64,000 bases of DNA from Obrimoposthia wandeli (taxonomy: Eukaryota), in assembly GCA_977020255.1 (NCBI GenBank), contig CDROCS010001089.1, positions 1 through 64,000 of the forward strand. Direction: 5' to 3'. The position numbers and the translations under genes are program-made. How positions within the stretch are numbered: position 1 is the first letter of the stretch; the number at the start of each line of letters is the position of its first letter. This document shows, piece after piece, positions 61,693-64,000 of this stretch. The notes beneath the pieces are model-generated. The model had not been told where the DNA came from. It was given only the letters and a program-made list of their open reading frames with translations, and did no database searches.

Positions 61693-61719
61693 TCGCTTTA
61701 CCCCGTTGCCCGCTATATA

Positions 61720-61758
61720 AAAAATGCGCTTTTCTCGTTAAGTGAAAAGCGCATTTTT
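61720..61758. terminator. Bidirectional terminator
   Basis: 15-bp perfect stem AAAAATGCGCTTTTC/GAAAAGCGCATTTTT between convergent genes. Confidence 0.8.
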
Positions 61759-61801
61759 CGTTGAGCACAATACTCGTCATCCTCGGCTAACTAGCCGACA
61801 T

Positions 61802-62920
61802 TTACTCTATTTCTGATAAATACAGTTTATGTAACGCGACCACTTCAGCTCTGTCTTGTATTTTTAATTTCTTCTTAACATTTGCCCAATGAAAATGACT
61901 TGTGCTTTTGGATAAATCCCAAGCGTGCATAAAATCAACCACTCTGCCACCTTCAGCGAGTACTTCAATTAACTGCCGCTCTCTTTTAGTTAAATTTGGA
62001 TTTTCCCAAATACAGCGCACTGACTCACTCAAACTCTTTATAATTAGTAATCTAGCAGCTTTATCCACACCTATTTGATCTTCAGCTTTTTCGATCAAAG
62101 TTAAGCAAAAACTTAAATCATCAACGCTCAGTTCTATTTTTTCTTCAAAGCTAGCTCCGGACATCACTTTAAAGCCTTGCATCGCTTTAGCGTATTTTTT
62201 CTTGAGCGTCTTATTGTGAATAATTAACTCATTGTCTAAGCGTTGCAACTGGCTATCTTCTGCCTGTAACAGTCTATCTGCTTTGCTATTGGTGAGAATA
62301 ATTTTACCGTCGGGAGAGAGCAGCATCGAGGCATCTGGCTGCTGGTTTAGAAAGTAACCTAATCGACTTGGCTCCAACTGGGCTGCACGTACTTTTTGCC
62401 CCAGCGCCCAGACTTCTTGCATCGTTTTTTGTAGTTTAGCAGTATAGCGAATAATTTTTCTTTTCAGCGCAGCATCAGATCCATCGAAATATAAATTCAT
62501 GGCGATCCAGTTTGGATGAGATATACCTATATCTAGCACCACAGTATCATTAATTTGCTGCGGCTCTAGCCACTCCCAAAATGGGGTTGCCATGATTTCT
62601 TCATATTTCACATACTTTGAGAGAGCGATGGGCTTATTGGGATGATACAGCCTTTCAAATTTGGTCCATGGGTCAAACTGAATATAGTGGGTAATATAGC
62701 CGCCAATCTCTTCATCACTAAAGCCGTATAGCAGCGGGCTGCTCAGATCACTTTCAACATCATTTGGAATCACTAATTCTGCACTTGTTCTATCTCGCAG
62801 TGTGATAATACCTTTTGTAGCACCTGTTATTTCACAAAACAGCTGCAGAACTTCTTGCCAAAGCTCTATATTTTCAATGGTTTTGTAAATTGCTTGCTGT
62901 AAATTAGCTAAATCTTTCAT
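61802..62920 (-). CDS. LuxR-type C-terminal HTH regulator with GAF/PAS-like N-terminal region
   Basis: LTKRERQLIEVLAEG..WDLSKST..H...KKKL HTH; N-terminal W..VL..F..HY..FDPW pattern. Confidence 0.8.
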   Translation of the reverse strand: MKDLANLQQAIYKTIENIELWQEVLQLFCEITGATKGIITLRDRTSAELVIPNDVESDLSSPLLYGFSDEEIGGYITHYIQFDPWTKFERLYHPNKPIALSKYVKYEEIMATPFWEWLEPQQINDTVVLDIGISHPNWIAMNLYFDGSDAALKRKIIRYTAKLQKTMQEVWALGQKVRAAQLEPSRLGYFLNQQPDASMLLSPDGKIILTNSKADRLLQAEDSQLQRLDNELIIHNKTLKKKYAKAMQGFKVMSGASFEEKIELSVDDLSFCLTLIEKAEDQIGVDKAARLLIIKSLSESVRCIWENPNLTKRERQLIEVLAEGGRVVDFMHAWDLSKSTSHFHWANVKKKLKIQDRAEVVALHKLYLSEIE

Positions 62921-62981
62921 AGACCTTCTTTGGAATTTGGTGAGAAGGATTAGTCATTAATCACTCCCACCTTAAAAACGA

Positions 62982-63575
62982 CTACCGCTGCACTATCATA
63001 GCCCCATAATCTTGACTTGCGCTATCTGGATAATAATCCGATATTTCCCAAAGTAGCTGAAAACCATTCTTTTGGTAAAGCCTTAACTCAGGGTCACGCG
63101 AGTATCCACCAAAACTTTGTTCTAGATATTGTTTTATATCTCCTTTGTTTTCTAGTTGCCAGCGATTAAAGCCTGGTAGCCTAGATCCTAAACATAAAAC
63201 ACTGCAGCGCTTACTTTTAATGAATATATCATAATAGTGTTGAATTATAGCAGCTCCAACCGAGTATTTTGCACCTTCCGGTAAAGCTGACATACTAACA
63301 CCGTAAGCAATACTCCCTCCATTAAGGTGCGTTAGCTTAATAGTGCCATTATCTGTTTGTGCCGCCCATGACTTATTCGAGATCTGATTGACCAATTGAG
63401 AGGAGGCGTAGCCTATTAACTTTCCCGTTTCTAATTCAGCGACAATACTCCCTTCAGGAAAAATATCCATTCGCTCACGAATCTGATTTAAAGTTGCCGC
63501 GCTATCTCCCCAGGCTGTTTTTTCTATTGCATTGACTATTTCAATATCTTGCTCTGTCATCGTTCTAATAATCAT
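62982..63575 (-). CDS. GNAT acetyltransferase, YkwB-like
   Basis: FPEG..., TDNG.I..TH..GG..Y, GSRLPGF, RDP.L, DYYPD..SQDYG. Confidence 0.72.
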   Translation of the reverse strand: MIIRTMTEQDIEIVNAIEKTAWGDSAATLNQIRERMDIFPEGSIVAELETGKLIGYASSQLVNQISNKSWAAQTDNGTIKLTHLNGGSIAYGVSMSALPEGAKYSVGAAIIQHYYDIFIKSKRCSVLCLGSRLPGFNRWQLENKGDIKQYLEQSFGGYSRDPELRLYQKNGFQLLWEISDYYPDSASQDYGAMIVQR

Positions 63576-63761
63576 AGTTCACCCCATTCAAGTTGAAGTG
63601 ACTACTTTGACTAAGAACCACAATACAAGCATGTACCTAAAAGTGTATTGAAAGTGCATTAATTGTTTGGAGCAGCAGTATTACGAGTAGCGTTCAGTAT
63701 TCCAAGAGTAACCTTACAGTCGTTTAACCCTCCTCTATCACTTTAAATTACTGGAAACACT

Positions 63762-64000
63762 ATGGCCAAACAACCTAAAAAGCTCGGAATCATTCAATGC
63801 CCTCCACCTGAAAACCATCAACAAATGATGCCCAGCGAGCTGCTAAAGGCGTTAATGATTGCAGGAGATTGGGACGGAAACGGTCTTACCGAAGTTATTT
63901 CTAACGATACATCAAAGGGTATCAGCTTAGATGGTATTAAACGCTGGATGCACAATAACACTATTCCCAAAGGTGAAAATAGAGAAGCATTAAACAGAGT
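63762..64000 (+). CDS. Partial ORF with possible XRE-like HTH N-terminus (truncated by the window edge)
   Basis: GGA RBS; MAKQPKKLGIIQCPPP...GISLDGIKRWMHNNTIPKGENREALNR is open to the end of the window. Confidence 0.6.
   Translation, partial: MAKQPKKLGIIQCPPPENHQQMMPSELLKALMIAGDWDGNGLTEVISNDTSKGISLDGIKRWMHNNTIPKGENREALNR

Noticed and set aside
63762-64000. Assigning the final ORF to a named family from its PPP motif and HTH-like segment
   Set aside because: Only 79 codons are visible and the similarity is too weak to support a name.

Overview
AT-rich gammaproteobacterial chromosome segment; the gene set and order suggest an Oceanospirillales-like marine organism (inference). Core genes (rep, comM, argH, hemCDXY, spoT-rpoZ-gmk) alternate with accessory metabolic and regulatory genes: putA, gapdh-arsJ, a peptide-type ABC importer, catalase, and several LysR and GNAT genes. 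No rRNA, tRNA, CRISPR array, integrase or transposase was seen. Most notable observations: (1) a diheme cytochrome c peroxidase homolog whose catalytic Glu position is Val, translationally coupled to a membrane PAS-GGDEF-EAL protein, possibly a heme-based sensory module; (2) a near-consensus Pho box, with a correctly spaced -10, ahead of the permeases of a PepT-type ABC importer that lies next to a phosphonate-type LysR; (3) two diverged copies of a ~210-bp inverted-repeat element, one abutting an unannotated histidine-kinase remnant; (4) a separate 140-bp TGT...ACA element; (5) a (GACTTA)16 microsatellite upstream of a chemoreceptor; (6) a LuxR-type HTH plus YkwB-like GNAT module upstream of gmk. 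All family assignments come from recalled motifs, not from database searches.
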